Shown here in pieces: positions 18,276 through 26,505 of a stretch of DNA of 41,303 bases. The notes under the pieces are model-generated. The model was given only the letters and a program-made list of their open reading frames with translations, ran no database searches and was not told where the DNA came from. The stretch comes from an uncultured Bacilli bacterium (lineage in GTDB: Bacteria; Bacillota_I; Bacilli_A; RF39; UBA660). A program made the translations under genes and the position numbers. The stretch is from assembly GCA_949440065.1 (NCBI GenBank), contig CASRZP010000001.1, positions 1 to 41,303 on the forward strand, read 5' to 3'. Numbering within the stretch: position 1 is the stretch's first letter; every line of letters begins with the position of its first letter.

Positions 18276-18752
18276 ATGAAGAAAATATTAGGAATTGGTT
18301 TAGCAGCAGTATGTGTGTTAGGCTTAGCAACAGGATGTGGTGCAAGTGAAGAACAAAAAACAATGACTTGTACTTTAGAACGTAAAGATGTTACGAATGG
18401 ATATGAGTTAGCATCTACTTACAAAGTATATTACACAGGAAAAGCAGTAGATAAGGTTGAAACTGTAGAGACAGTAACTTCTGATGACGATGAAATTCTA
18501 GAAACATTTAAAACAACACTAAATACAACTTATGATTCAATGAATAAGGCTTACGGTGGTTATACGTTCAATGTTACAAAAAAAGACAAAGAAGTAAAAT
18601 CAGAAACTACAATTGATTATAGCAAATTAGATGTAGAACAATTAATTAAAGATGAACCAACAATGAAAAATTATGTTGATTCAAAAAATAAAATTACATT
18701 GAGCGGAATTACTTCTATGTATGAAGCACAAGGTGCTACTTGTAAAAAGTAA
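18276..18752 (+). CDS. Lipoprotein (YehR/DUF1307-like)
   Basis: The signal peptide has the lipobox LATGC. The mature part resembles DUF1307 lipoproteins, recalled from memory. Confidence 0.7.
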   Translation: MKKILGIGLAAVCVLGLATGCGASEEQKTMTCTLERKDVTNGYELASTYKVYYTGKAVDKVETVETVTSDDDEILETFKTTLNTTYDSMNKAYGGYTFNVTKKDKEVKSETTIDYSKLDVEQLIKDEPTMKNYVDSKNKITLSGITSMYEAQGATCKK

Positions 18753-18776
18753 AAGCGGAGAAATCCGTTTTTTTTA
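18753..18776 (+). terminator. Rho-independent terminator
   Basis: GCGGA (18755-18759) pairs with TCCGT (18764-18768, closing G-U pair) around a GAAA loop. A T8 run follows. Confidence 0.55.
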
Positions 18777-19282
18777 TATGATAGGAAAGTTCTCATAAAG
18801 GTGAAAAACAATGAAAAAAATAACGGATTTATTCACTAGAAAAACAATTCAAAATTATAGATAAATTTAGTTGATAAACTTAAGTAAAAGACTTAGTATA
18901 AATAGCATCGAAAGAAGGTGGCACCATCTGTAGTTGTCTGTGGAGTGTTTTTTAAGCACGTTGAATCAGAAAAAGCCAACCGTGAGGTTTGTTATGGAAT
19001 TTTTAAAATTTATTTTGAAAATTTCATTTTTGTTCTATAGAAATTTAGTTATTTGTAATAGATCTTTACTTATAGGAACACATATAAAAGTTTGAGCATA
19101 TTTCTCTACCAATTTACTACCTTTCCAAGTGAAAATATTAAAACTGATAAAAAGTTATTTAAAAATATATTACTTTTTGGTTGGGAAAACAAAAAATGTA
19201 AAAAATTAACACAAAAAAACTACTGTAATTTTATGACGTTCCCTTTATAATAATATTGAAGGGAGCAAGTGATGAGAAAAAT

Positions 19283-19311
19283 TTGATTGATTGGGCTAAT
19301 TCATGTATAAT
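19283..19311 (+). promoter_or_regulatory. Candidate sigma-A promoter of prfB (TTGATT-N17-TATAAT with extended -10 TG)
   Basis: The -35 is at 19283-19288. The -10 TATAAT at 19306-19311 is preceded by TGT. It lies about 33 nt upstream of the prfB ATG. Confidence 0.5.
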
Positions 19312-19343
19312 AAAAGTCATGATAATAGAAATGAGGTTCAATA

Positions 19344-20442
19344 ATGGAATTAAATGAAGAAAAACGTTTATTAGAAAGACAAGAAAAAGAAATCAATGAA
19401 TTATGGAGGTCTCTTTGACGGAGAATCACTAAATCAATTGATAAATCAGTTAGAAAATAAAACTCATGAAGAAAACTTTTGGACTGATCCTAATGAAGCG
19501 GAAAAGGTGATTAAAGAATTAAATGAAGTTAAAAGTACAGTAGGAATTATCACTAATTTGCGTGCTTTAGTAGAAGAGATAAATACTTTGATAGATTTAT
19601 TAACATTAGAATTTGATAGTGAGTTACAAAATCAATTTATCAATAAAAAAGAAGAATTAGAAAAGACTTTACAAGAAGCAAGAGTACTTCTATTACTTTC
19701 TGGACCCTATGATGCTAAAGATTGCATTTTAGAAATTCACGCTGGCGCTGGAGGAACGGAAGCTTGTGATTGGGCATTAATGTTATACCGAATGTATTTA
19801 CGTTGGTGTGAAAAACATCACTTTAAAGTTGAACTACTTGAATATTTAGATGGAGAAGAGGCAGGGGTAAAAAGTGTAGCTATAATGGTGAAGGGAATTC
19901 ATGCCTATGGTTATTTAAAAGGCGAAAAAGGGGTTCATCGTTTAGTTAGATTATCTCCATTTGATGCGAATAATAAGCGTCATACCTCCTTTGCTTCTAT
20001 TGATATTACACCAGAGTTTGATAAGGATATTGAAGTAAATATACAAGAGTCTGATTTAAAAATTGATGTATATCGTGCATCAGGTGCTGGAGGACAACAC
20101 GTCAATACCACAGATAGTGCTGTTCGTATTACGCATTTACCAACGAAAATTGTAGTTACTTGCCAAAATGAGAGAAGTCAAATACAAAATCGGGAAATGG
20201 CTATGCGAATGCTAAAAAATAAGCTTTATTTGCTAGAAATGGAAAAACAGAATGAGCAATTAAATGCCGTTAAAGGAGTTCATCAAAATATTGAATTTGG
20301 ATCTCAAATTAGAAGTTATGTAATGCATCCATATTCTTTAGTAAAAGACCATCGAAGTAATATCGAAACAAGCAATGTAGGAAAAGTGTTAGATGGGGAG
20401 ATAGACCTATTTATCGAAGGTTATTTAAAAGGAGGTAATTAG
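19344..20442 (+). CDS. prfB: Peptide chain release factor 2, with a programmed +1 ribosomal frameshift at 19413-19419
   Basis: ORF0 runs from the ATG at 19344 (MELNEEKRLLERQEKEINELWRSL) to an in-frame TGA at 19416-19418. It lies within the canonical CTT TGA C slippery context. An internal SD-like GGAGG (19406-19410) precedes it. The +1 frame continues DGESLNQ... into the SPF and GGQ (SGAGGQHVNTTDSAVR) motifs. Confidence 0.9.
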
Positions 20443-21327
20443 ATGGACTTACTAAAAAATGAGAACAATCCTGTTGAAATTATTAAAAAGATTTATCAAA
20501 AGTCAAGGATCAGTCGATATATTCAATTTACATTGGGTGTATTGCTTATGGCTTTAGCATTTAATTTATTTTTAGAGCCAAATTCACTAGTTTCTGGAGG
20601 ATTAAGTGGGATATCTATTATTGTAAAACGTTTAATAGGTATACAACCATCTACGTTTATTTTCTTTGGTTCCATTGTCTTACTTGGTGTTAGTTATATC
20701 TTTTTAGGAAAAGAAAAAACTATTTTGTCTATCATCGGCTCAATTCTTTTTCCTTTATTTGTTCATGTAACCCAAAATATTCATGTATACATTGACATAG
20801 ATAATTCTCAATTATTATTAAGTGCCATTTTTGGTGGTGTAATGACAGGAATTGGTAGTGGAATGATTTTTAAATCAGGTTTTACTACGGGAGGAACTGA
20901 TATTCTAAATCAAATTGCCGCTAAATATATCAAAATTAGTTTAGGAAAAGCAGTGCTAATTATTGATGGAACCGTTGTGTTAAGTGGAATTTTTCTTTTT
21001 GGAATTACCAAATGTATGTATGGACTCATCGTCTTATACATCATCAGTATTATGATTGATAAAGTGATTTTAGGTATATCAGATAGTAAAGCCTTTTATA
21101 TTATTACAAGCGAGGAGAAAAAGGTTGAACAATTTATCTTAGAGGTATTAAATCACGGTGTAACCATTTTTAATGCTAAGGGAGGATTTTCTAAGGAAAA
21201 ACAAAATGTTTTAATGTGTGTTGTTCCAACGAAAGAATATTTTAAATTGAAAGAGGGCATTCACGAGATAGATGATAAAGCATTCTTTGTGGTAACAGAT
21301 GCTTATGAAGTCTTTGGAGGAGAGTAA
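20443..21327 (+). CDS. YitT-family membrane protein (DUF2179 C-terminal domain)
   Basis: The polytopic N-terminus contains GGLSGISIIV and GFTTGGTDIL. The C-terminal DUF2179-like domain contains GVTIFNAKGGFSKEKQNVLMCVV...FFVVTDAYEVFG. The start abuts the prfB stop. Confidence 0.8.
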   Translation: MDLLKNENNPVEIIKKIYQKSRISRYIQFTLGVLLMALAFNLFLEPNSLVSGGLSGISIIVKRLIGIQPSTFIFFGSIVLLGVSYIFLGKEKTILSIIGSILFPLFVHVTQNIHVYIDIDNSQLLLSAIFGGVMTGIGSGMIFKSGFTTGGTDILNQIAAKYIKISLGKAVLIIDGTVVLSGIFLFGITKCMYGLIVLYIISIMIDKVILGISDSKAFYIITSEEKKVEQFILEVLNHGVTIFNAKGGFSKEKQNVLMCVVPTKEYFKLKEGIHEIDDKAFFVVTDAYEVFGGE

Positions 21328-22199
21328 TGGAGAAGATACTTTCTAAAATAAAAAAGAAACACTTAGTAAAAAGATTCATTTTATTAACAATTGCCTTATT
21401 GATTTCTGCGATATTATTTAATTTATTCTTACTTCCTAGTAAAATTGTATCAGGAGGGACGCCAGGATTATCCATCATTTTAGATTATGCATTTGGTTTT
21501 AGACCTTCCTTAGTTGTCTTTTGGGTATCTTTAATTTTACTCTTATTTAGTTTTTTCTTTCTTGGCGTAGAAAAAACTTCTGGTTCTGTGTTAGCAACGT
21601 TCATATATCCTATATTTATTGATTTGACTGCTCCTATTGGAAGTGTAATTAAGTTTGATATGACAGACTTAGTTTTAGTTGCTGTTATTGTAGGTGTCGT
21701 TGGAGGGATTGCTAATGGCATTATTTTTAAAACAGGATTTACTAACGGTGGTTTAGCAATTATTAGTCAAATTCTTTATCAATACTTTCGAATATCGATT
21801 AGCAAAAGTAACTTTGTTTTAAATGGGCTAGTGATGTTAGTTGGTGGAATTTACTTTGGATGGACTAATGTGATGTATGCAATTATTATTTTGTATATTA
21901 ATAGCTTAATGGTGGATAGAGTCTTACTTGGAATTAGTAGAAACAAAACATTTTATTTAATTACCGATAAAGAAGATGAAATAGAAGAATTTTTAATGAA
22001 AGTCATTGGTAGAAAATTTACTATTTTTCAAGTGACAGGAGGATTTAAAAAGAAAAAAAAACATGTATTTATGTGTGTTGTTCCAATGAGAGATTACTTT
22101 AAAATAACCGAAGCCATTAGGATAATGGATAAAGATGCCTTTTTTGTTGTAACAGACTCTTATGAAGTATCTTATCAACAAAAAACGACAAATTCGTGA
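21327..22199 (+). CDS. YitT-family membrane protein, tandem paralogue
   Basis: The architecture is the same as the upstream gene (GGTPGLSIIL, GFTNGGLAII, FQVTGGFKKKKKHVFMCVV...FFVVTDSYEV). The ATG overlaps the upstream TAA (TAATG). Confidence 0.8.
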   Translation: MEKILSKIKKKHLVKRFILLTIALLISAILFNLFLLPSKIVSGGTPGLSIILDYAFGFRPSLVVFWVSLILLLFSFFFLGVEKTSGSVLATFIYPIFIDLTAPIGSVIKFDMTDLVLVAVIVGVVGGIANGIIFKTGFTNGGLAIISQILYQYFRISISKSNFVLNGLVMLVGGIYFGWTNVMYAIIILYINSLMVDRVLLGISRNKTFYLITDKEDEIEEFLMKVIGRKFTIFQVTGGFKKKKKHVFMCVVPMRDYFKITEAIRIMDKDAFFVVTDSYEVSYQQKTTNS

Positions 22200-22243
22200 A
22201 TATATGTTATAATGATATAGTGAAAGTAAAAGAAGGTGGTAAA

Positions 22244-22942
22244 ATGGATTTAATTCGCATGAAAAATGTGAAAAAACAATATAAAAATGGTGTTACCGCG
22301 ATTTATGATTTAAATTTAAAAATTGCTAAAGGTGATTTTGTCTTTTTAATCGGTGGTTCGGGAAGTGGAAAAAGTACTTTGATTAAAATGTTGTATCGAG
22401 AAGAAAAGCCAACGGAAGGTGAAATTATCGTAGGTGGCATTAATGTAGCGAAGTTAAGAAATAAAAAGGTATATAAATTAAGGCGAAAACTAGGTATTGT
22501 CTTTCAAGATTATCGTTTATTGCCTAAGCTAAATGTTTATGAAAATGTATGTTTTGCGATGGAAGCGATAGGTGCTAAGAAAGATGAAATTAGAACAAAG
22601 ACCTTAAGAGCAATTGAACTTGTTGGGCTAAAGGCAAAAATACATAATTATCCTGATCAATTATCGGGGGGTGAACAACAACGTGTAGCTATAGCTAGAG
22701 CTATAGTAAATGAACCAAAGTTACTAATTTGCGATGAACCAACGGGAAATTTAGATCCTGAGCGTAGTATGGAAATTGTAAAAGTATTAGAGGATATCAA
22801 TAAAACTTGTAGTACCACAATCATCATGGCGACTCATGATCGAGATATTGTCAATCAAATGCAAAAGAGAGTAATCGTGTTAAAAGATGGACATTTGGCC
22901 AAAGATTATGAGAAAGGAACGTATGATAATGAGAATATTTAG
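22244..22942 (+). CDS. ftsE: Cell-division ABC transporter ATP-binding protein FtsE
   Basis: Walker A (GGSGSGKST), the signature motif (LSGGEQQRVAIARA) and Walker B (LLICDEPTGNLD) are all present. I prefer the ATG at 22244 because the RBS GAAGGTGG lies upstream. The track ORF starts at 22196. Confidence 0.9.
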   Translation: MDLIRMKNVKKQYKNGVTAIYDLNLKIAKGDFVFLIGGSGSGKSTLIKMLYREEKPTEGEIIVGGINVAKLRNKKVYKLRRKLGIVFQDYRLLPKLNVYENVCFAMEAIGAKKDEIRTKTLRAIELVGLKAKIHNYPDQLSGGEQQRVAIARAIVNEPKLLICDEPTGNLDPERSMEIVKVLEDINKTCSTTIIMATHDRDIVNQMQKRVIVLKDGHLAKDYEKGTYDNENI

Positions 22943-23828
22943 AATGTTTGCTCGCAATATTCGCGATGCATTTAAAAGTGTTTTTAGAAATTTTAGTTTA
23001 TCACTAGCTTCCATTTCTTGTATTTCTGTAACACTAATTATCGTTGCTGTAGCTTTAGTAGCATCAGTTAACGTCAAGAATTTCACCAAAGAATTAGAAC
23101 GAACCGTAACCATTAATGTCTTTCTTGAAGAGGATGTTACCGATGAAGTCATAAAAGAGTTAGATGAGAAAATAAAAAAGCTAGATAATTTAGCAAGTTA
23201 CTATTTCCAAACCAAAGAAGAAGCAACAAAAGAGTTTCAATCATCTAGTGAAATTTTAGATGGTGTGGTGAATAGTTGGAAAGAAGGGGAAACCCCACTT
23301 CTTAATAACTTTAGAATTAAAGTAAAAGATATTAACTATATTGATGATACGGTAAAAGAGTTGAGAACCTTTAGTGGAATTAAGGCGATTAAATATGGTG
23401 AAGAGTGGGTAGGACAAATGGCAACAGCCTTTGGAGCAATTGAAAAAGTAACGTATGGAATTGTTATTGCCTTAACCATTGTTACCGTTTTCTTAATTAT
23501 GAATACCATCAAATTAACTATCTTTTCAAGAAAAAGAGAAATTTCTATCATGCGTCTTGTTGGGGCAAGTAATATTAATATAAAAATGCCATTTATTATC
23601 GAAGGTATGGTACTTGGTGCTCTAGGTTCAATTGTACCAATTATCATTATCACCTTTGGATATTTAAAATTTTATCATCATTTTGATGGTTATTTATATT
23701 TTAAAGTAATTCAATTAGTAAAACCAGAACCATTTATGTATTATGCTAGTGCCATTGTCTTAGTCATTGGTATGTTAGTTGGTATGATTGGTAGTGCTAG
23801 CGCTGTTAAAAAATATTTAAAAGTATAG
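22923..23828 (+). CDS. ftsX: Cell-division permease-like protein FtsX
   Basis: The topology is TM1, a large extracellular loop, then three C-terminal TM helices. The FtsX motif REISIMRLVGAS is present. The start overlaps the end of ftsE. Either 22923 or 22929 could be the start. Confidence 0.85.
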   Translation: MIMRIFRMFARNIRDAFKSVFRNFSLSLASISCISVTLIIVAVALVASVNVKNFTKELERTVTINVFLEEDVTDEVIKELDEKIKKLDNLASYYFQTKEEATKEFQSSSEILDGVVNSWKEGETPLLNNFRIKVKDINYIDDTVKELRTFSGIKAIKYGEEWVGQMATAFGAIEKVTYGIVIALTIVTVFLIMNTIKLTIFSRKREISIMRLVGASNINIKMPFIIEGMVLGALGSIVPIIIITFGYLKFYHHFDGYLYFKVIQLVKPEPFMYYASAIVLVIGMLVGMIGSASAVKKYLKV

Positions 23829-23838
23829 AAGGTGTAAG

Positions 23839-25026
23839 ATGAAGAAGAAAATAAATATATGTTGTTGCCTTTTTCTAGCTCTTAGTGTGTTTATTCTACC
23901 CTTTGAAGCAAAAGCAGAAACATTAAAAGATTATCAAGATAAATTGAATGCTTATATTAATGAAGTGAATAGTGCAAAAGATGCGATTAATAAAAATCAA
24001 CAAGAAATCAAGAAAATTGAACAACAAATAGAAACGATTAAAAGTGAAATGAAAGCATTAACGCTAGAAATTGAGAAAATGAAAGAAGAAGTTGCTAAGT
24101 ATAATGAAGAAATTCGCCAAAAGTCTTGGGAAACTAAGGAGTTATTACAATACTTGCAAATTGCTAATGGTGAAAATATTTACTTAGAATATGCTCTTCA
24201 AGCAGATACAATGAGTGATTTTATATATCGTATGGCAGTAGTTGAGCAATTAACGGATTACAATGCGAAAATGGTAAAAGAGCTAGAAGGACTAATTCAA
24301 GCTAACATCAAAAGAGAAGAAGAAATACATGTTCGTGAAGGAGAATTAACAGCAAAACAAAATGATTTAAACAGTAAGATGAAAAGCATTGGTCAAGAAA
24401 ATATTGCCTTAAGTGAATCAGCAGTATCTAGTGAACAACAAGTAAAAATCTATCAAGATATTGTTAATCGTTATATTAATGCTGGATGTAAACCTAATGA
24501 TGTGATTGGCGTTGATTGTGCAAAAAATGTAAGTGCAGCAGGATTTAGAATACCAATTAGTTTCGGATATGTGACTAGTGAATATGAATGGCGTTGGGGA
24601 ACTCTTCACCAAGGAATCGATATGTCTAATGGAAATCCTTATAACACAAGAATTTATCCCATTGCAGATGGTGTTGTTAGTGCTAAGTATACCGATTACT
24701 ATGGTGCCTTAGTAGTAGCTGTAGAACATTATTATAATGGAAAATATTACACGTCACTTTATGCTCACTTAAGTAGTTATGCACCAAATATTTATGTAGG
24801 TAGAGTAGTAACAACGGATGATTATTTAGGATATATGGGAGATACTGGATGGGCAACAGGACCTCATTTACATTTGGAAGTTGCTGATTGTAGGTTATAT
24901 AATGCATATGATCCAAATTGTAATACATGGAATAACTATGCTGCATACCAAATGAAGTTATACAACCAAGGCTTTAAAGGGGCAAGGGAATTTATCTATT
25001 TCCCAGACTCATGGTCATCACGTTAA
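23839..25026 (+). CDS. Secreted coiled-coil M23 metallopeptidase (EnvC/PcsB-type FtsEX-partner architecture)
   Basis: It has a signal peptide and about 200 aa of heptad-rich coiled coil. The C-terminal LytM domain has intact ligands (HQGID; GPHLHLE). It lies immediately downstream of ftsEX. Confidence 0.8.
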   Translation: MKKKINICCCLFLALSVFILPFEAKAETLKDYQDKLNAYINEVNSAKDAINKNQQEIKKIEQQIETIKSEMKALTLEIEKMKEEVAKYNEEIRQKSWETKELLQYLQIANGENIYLEYALQADTMSDFIYRMAVVEQLTDYNAKMVKELEGLIQANIKREEEIHVREGELTAKQNDLNSKMKSIGQENIALSESAVSSEQQVKIYQDIVNRYINAGCKPNDVIGVDCAKNVSAAGFRIPISFGYVTSEYEWRWGTLHQGIDMSNGNPYNTRIYPIADGVVSAKYTDYYGALVVAVEHYYNGKYYTSLYAHLSSYAPNIYVGRVVTTDDYLGYMGDTGWATGPHLHLEVADCRLYNAYDPNCNTWNNYAAYQMKLYNQGFKGAREFIYFPDSWSSR

Positions 25027-25046
25027 AAGAAAATAGGTGATTGTTC

Positions 25047-25748
25047 ATGAATCAAGAAAAAATGGCTCAGTGGATAAAAGACATCAGAAAACAAAATCAT
25101 TTAACACAACAGGACTTAGCTAAGCGTTTAGGCGTAACGTATCAAGCCGTTTCCAAGTGGGAAAATGGAAAAAATATTCCCGATATTGCCATTATTCAAA
25201 AGATATGTCAGGATTATTCACTAGATATTCAAGAAATTTTAGTAGGAACACCACGTAAAAAGGTTAAGTTTTCAAAAAAATGGTATATTTTTGCTAGTTG
25301 TTTTCTAATTATATTTGTCATTGGTATAGTAGGGATAGCGAACCATTTACAAAATGATAAGAGTTTTGAATTTAAAACCTTAACGGCAATGTGTGATGAA
25401 TTTAATATTACTGGTAGTGCTGCATACGATAAAAATAAAACTTCCATTTATATCTCTAATATTAACTACTGTGGAACTGAGGACGATACCATATATGATA
25501 AAATTGAATGTAGTTTATATGAATCTAGTGGAAATATAGAAACAAAAATTAAAAGTTGTGAAACTAGTAAAGAAAAGATGACTTTACCAAAATATTTTGA
25601 CCAAGTGACGTTTCATGTTGATGATTATAGTGCACAATGTAAAAATTTAGCGAATGCCAATTTGTATTTATTAATTCATGCTTATCTTAACGGAAAAACG
25701 ATAACTTATAAAGTTCCTTTAGCATTAAGAGAAGATTGTTCGAATTAA
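25047..25748 (+). CDS. Membrane-anchored XRE-family HTH protein with an extracytoplasmic Cys-containing domain
   Basis: The HTH_3 is LTQQDLAKRLGVTYQAVSKWENG. There is a single TM helix (WYIFASCFLIIFVIGIVGI). I prefer the ATG at 25047 because the RBS AGGTGA lies upstream. Confidence 0.7.
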   Translation: MNQEKMAQWIKDIRKQNHLTQQDLAKRLGVTYQAVSKWENGKNIPDIAIIQKICQDYSLDIQEILVGTPRKKVKFSKKWYIFASCFLIIFVIGIVGIANHLQNDKSFEFKTLTAMCDEFNITGSAAYDKNKTSIYISNINYCGTEDDTIYDKIECSLYESSGNIETKIKSCETSKEKMTLPKYFDQVTFHVDDYSAQCKNLANANLYLLIHAYLNGKTITYKVPLALREDCSN

Positions 25749-25775
25749 ACTCAACCCCAAGTTGAGTTTTTTCTA
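25747..25775 (+). terminator. Rho-independent terminator
   Basis: AAACTCAAC (25747-25755) pairs with GTTGAGTTT (25761-25769). A T-run follows. Confidence 0.65.
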
Positions 25776-25840
25776 CCTTAATTTTATTGTAATATTACTA
25801 ATTTCTTGTTAGAATATCCTTAAAAGGAAGGGAATTTGTA

Positions 25841-26443
25841 ATGAAAAAAGGAAAATTAGGAATAGGAATTATTATAGCACTAGCGTTAATTATAGTTGCT
25901 GCGTCTGTCTTTAGAATGATAAATCCAGTAGAAACTCACGAAAATGACCATCAAAAGTTTGCGAAGGAATATCAAGAAGTAACAGAAGATAATGTTTTCG
26001 TCTATCGTGATGCTAACCAAATTATAAAAATTTTAGAAAATGGCAAAGGAGTAGTATATTTAGGTTTTCCTGAATGTCCATGGTGCCAAAGATATGTTAA
26101 ATATTTAAATGAAGTAGCAAAAGATATTGGTATTGAAAAAATTTATTATTATAATATTCGTGAAGCTCGTAACAATAATACAGAAGAATATCAAAAAATG
26201 GTATCTATCTTGGAAGAACATTTACAATTTGATGAAGAAGGAAATAAAAGAATATATGCACCTAGTATTATTGCGGTAGACTCATCTAAAATTATTGGCT
26301 TTGATGATGAGACAGCATGGGATACCAAAGGACATGAAAAACCAAGTGATTATTGGACAGAGGATGAAGTAGGCGATTTAAAAGAAAAATTAAAAGAAAT
26401 GATGAACCCAGTAAACGATAATTTATGTACAAATTGTAATTAA
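25841..26443 (+). CDS. Membrane-anchored thioredoxin-fold protein (CPWC active site)
   Basis: There is an N-terminal TM anchor. The motif GFPECPWCQRY is a CxxC in a thioredoxin-like context. Confidence 0.55.
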   Translation: MKKGKLGIGIIIALALIIVAASVFRMINPVETHENDHQKFAKEYQEVTEDNVFVYRDANQIIKILENGKGVVYLGFPECPWCQRYVKYLNEVAKDIGIEKIYYYNIREARNNNTEEYQKMVSILEEHLQFDEEGNKRIYAPSIIAVDSSKIIGFDDETAWDTKGHEKPSDYWTEDEVGDLKEKLKEMMNPVNDNLCTNCN

Positions 26444-26462
26444 GAAGATTTTTCTTCTTTTT
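26442..26462 (+). terminator. Rho-independent terminator
   Basis: AAGAAGA (26442-26448) pairs with TCTTCTT (26453-26459) around a TTTT loop. A short T tail follows. Confidence 0.5.
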
Positions 26463-26505
26463 AAATGATGCTATGTTATAATAAAGCACACAAGGGGGTA
26501 GTTAT

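Noticed and set aside
18811-18864. A 17-codon ORF (MKKITDLFTRKTIQNYR) with a GGTGA RBS just after the lipoprotein terminator.
   Set aside because: It is too short and featureless to call. It is mentioned under the long intergenic region only as something for Ribo-seq to test.
21242-22181. Minus-strand ORFs 21242-21478, 21485-21721 and 21993-22181. Similar antisense ORFs occur at 22880-23152, 23336-23653, 24418-24946, 25229-25447, 26292-26489 and 26867-27061.
   Set aside because: All are antisense to well-supported plus-strand genes (yitT, ftsE/X, the M23 peptidase, the XRE gene, the thioredoxin-like gene and the 794-aa protein). None has RBS support.
22196-22243. The extended N-terminus of ftsE from the track (MNICYNDIVKVKEGGK...). 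The extended ftsX start at 22887 is the same kind of case.
   Set aside because: The internal ATGs at 22244 (ftsE) and 22923/22929 (ftsX) have proper RBSs and give N-termini that match the families. The longer versions overlap upstream genes without support.
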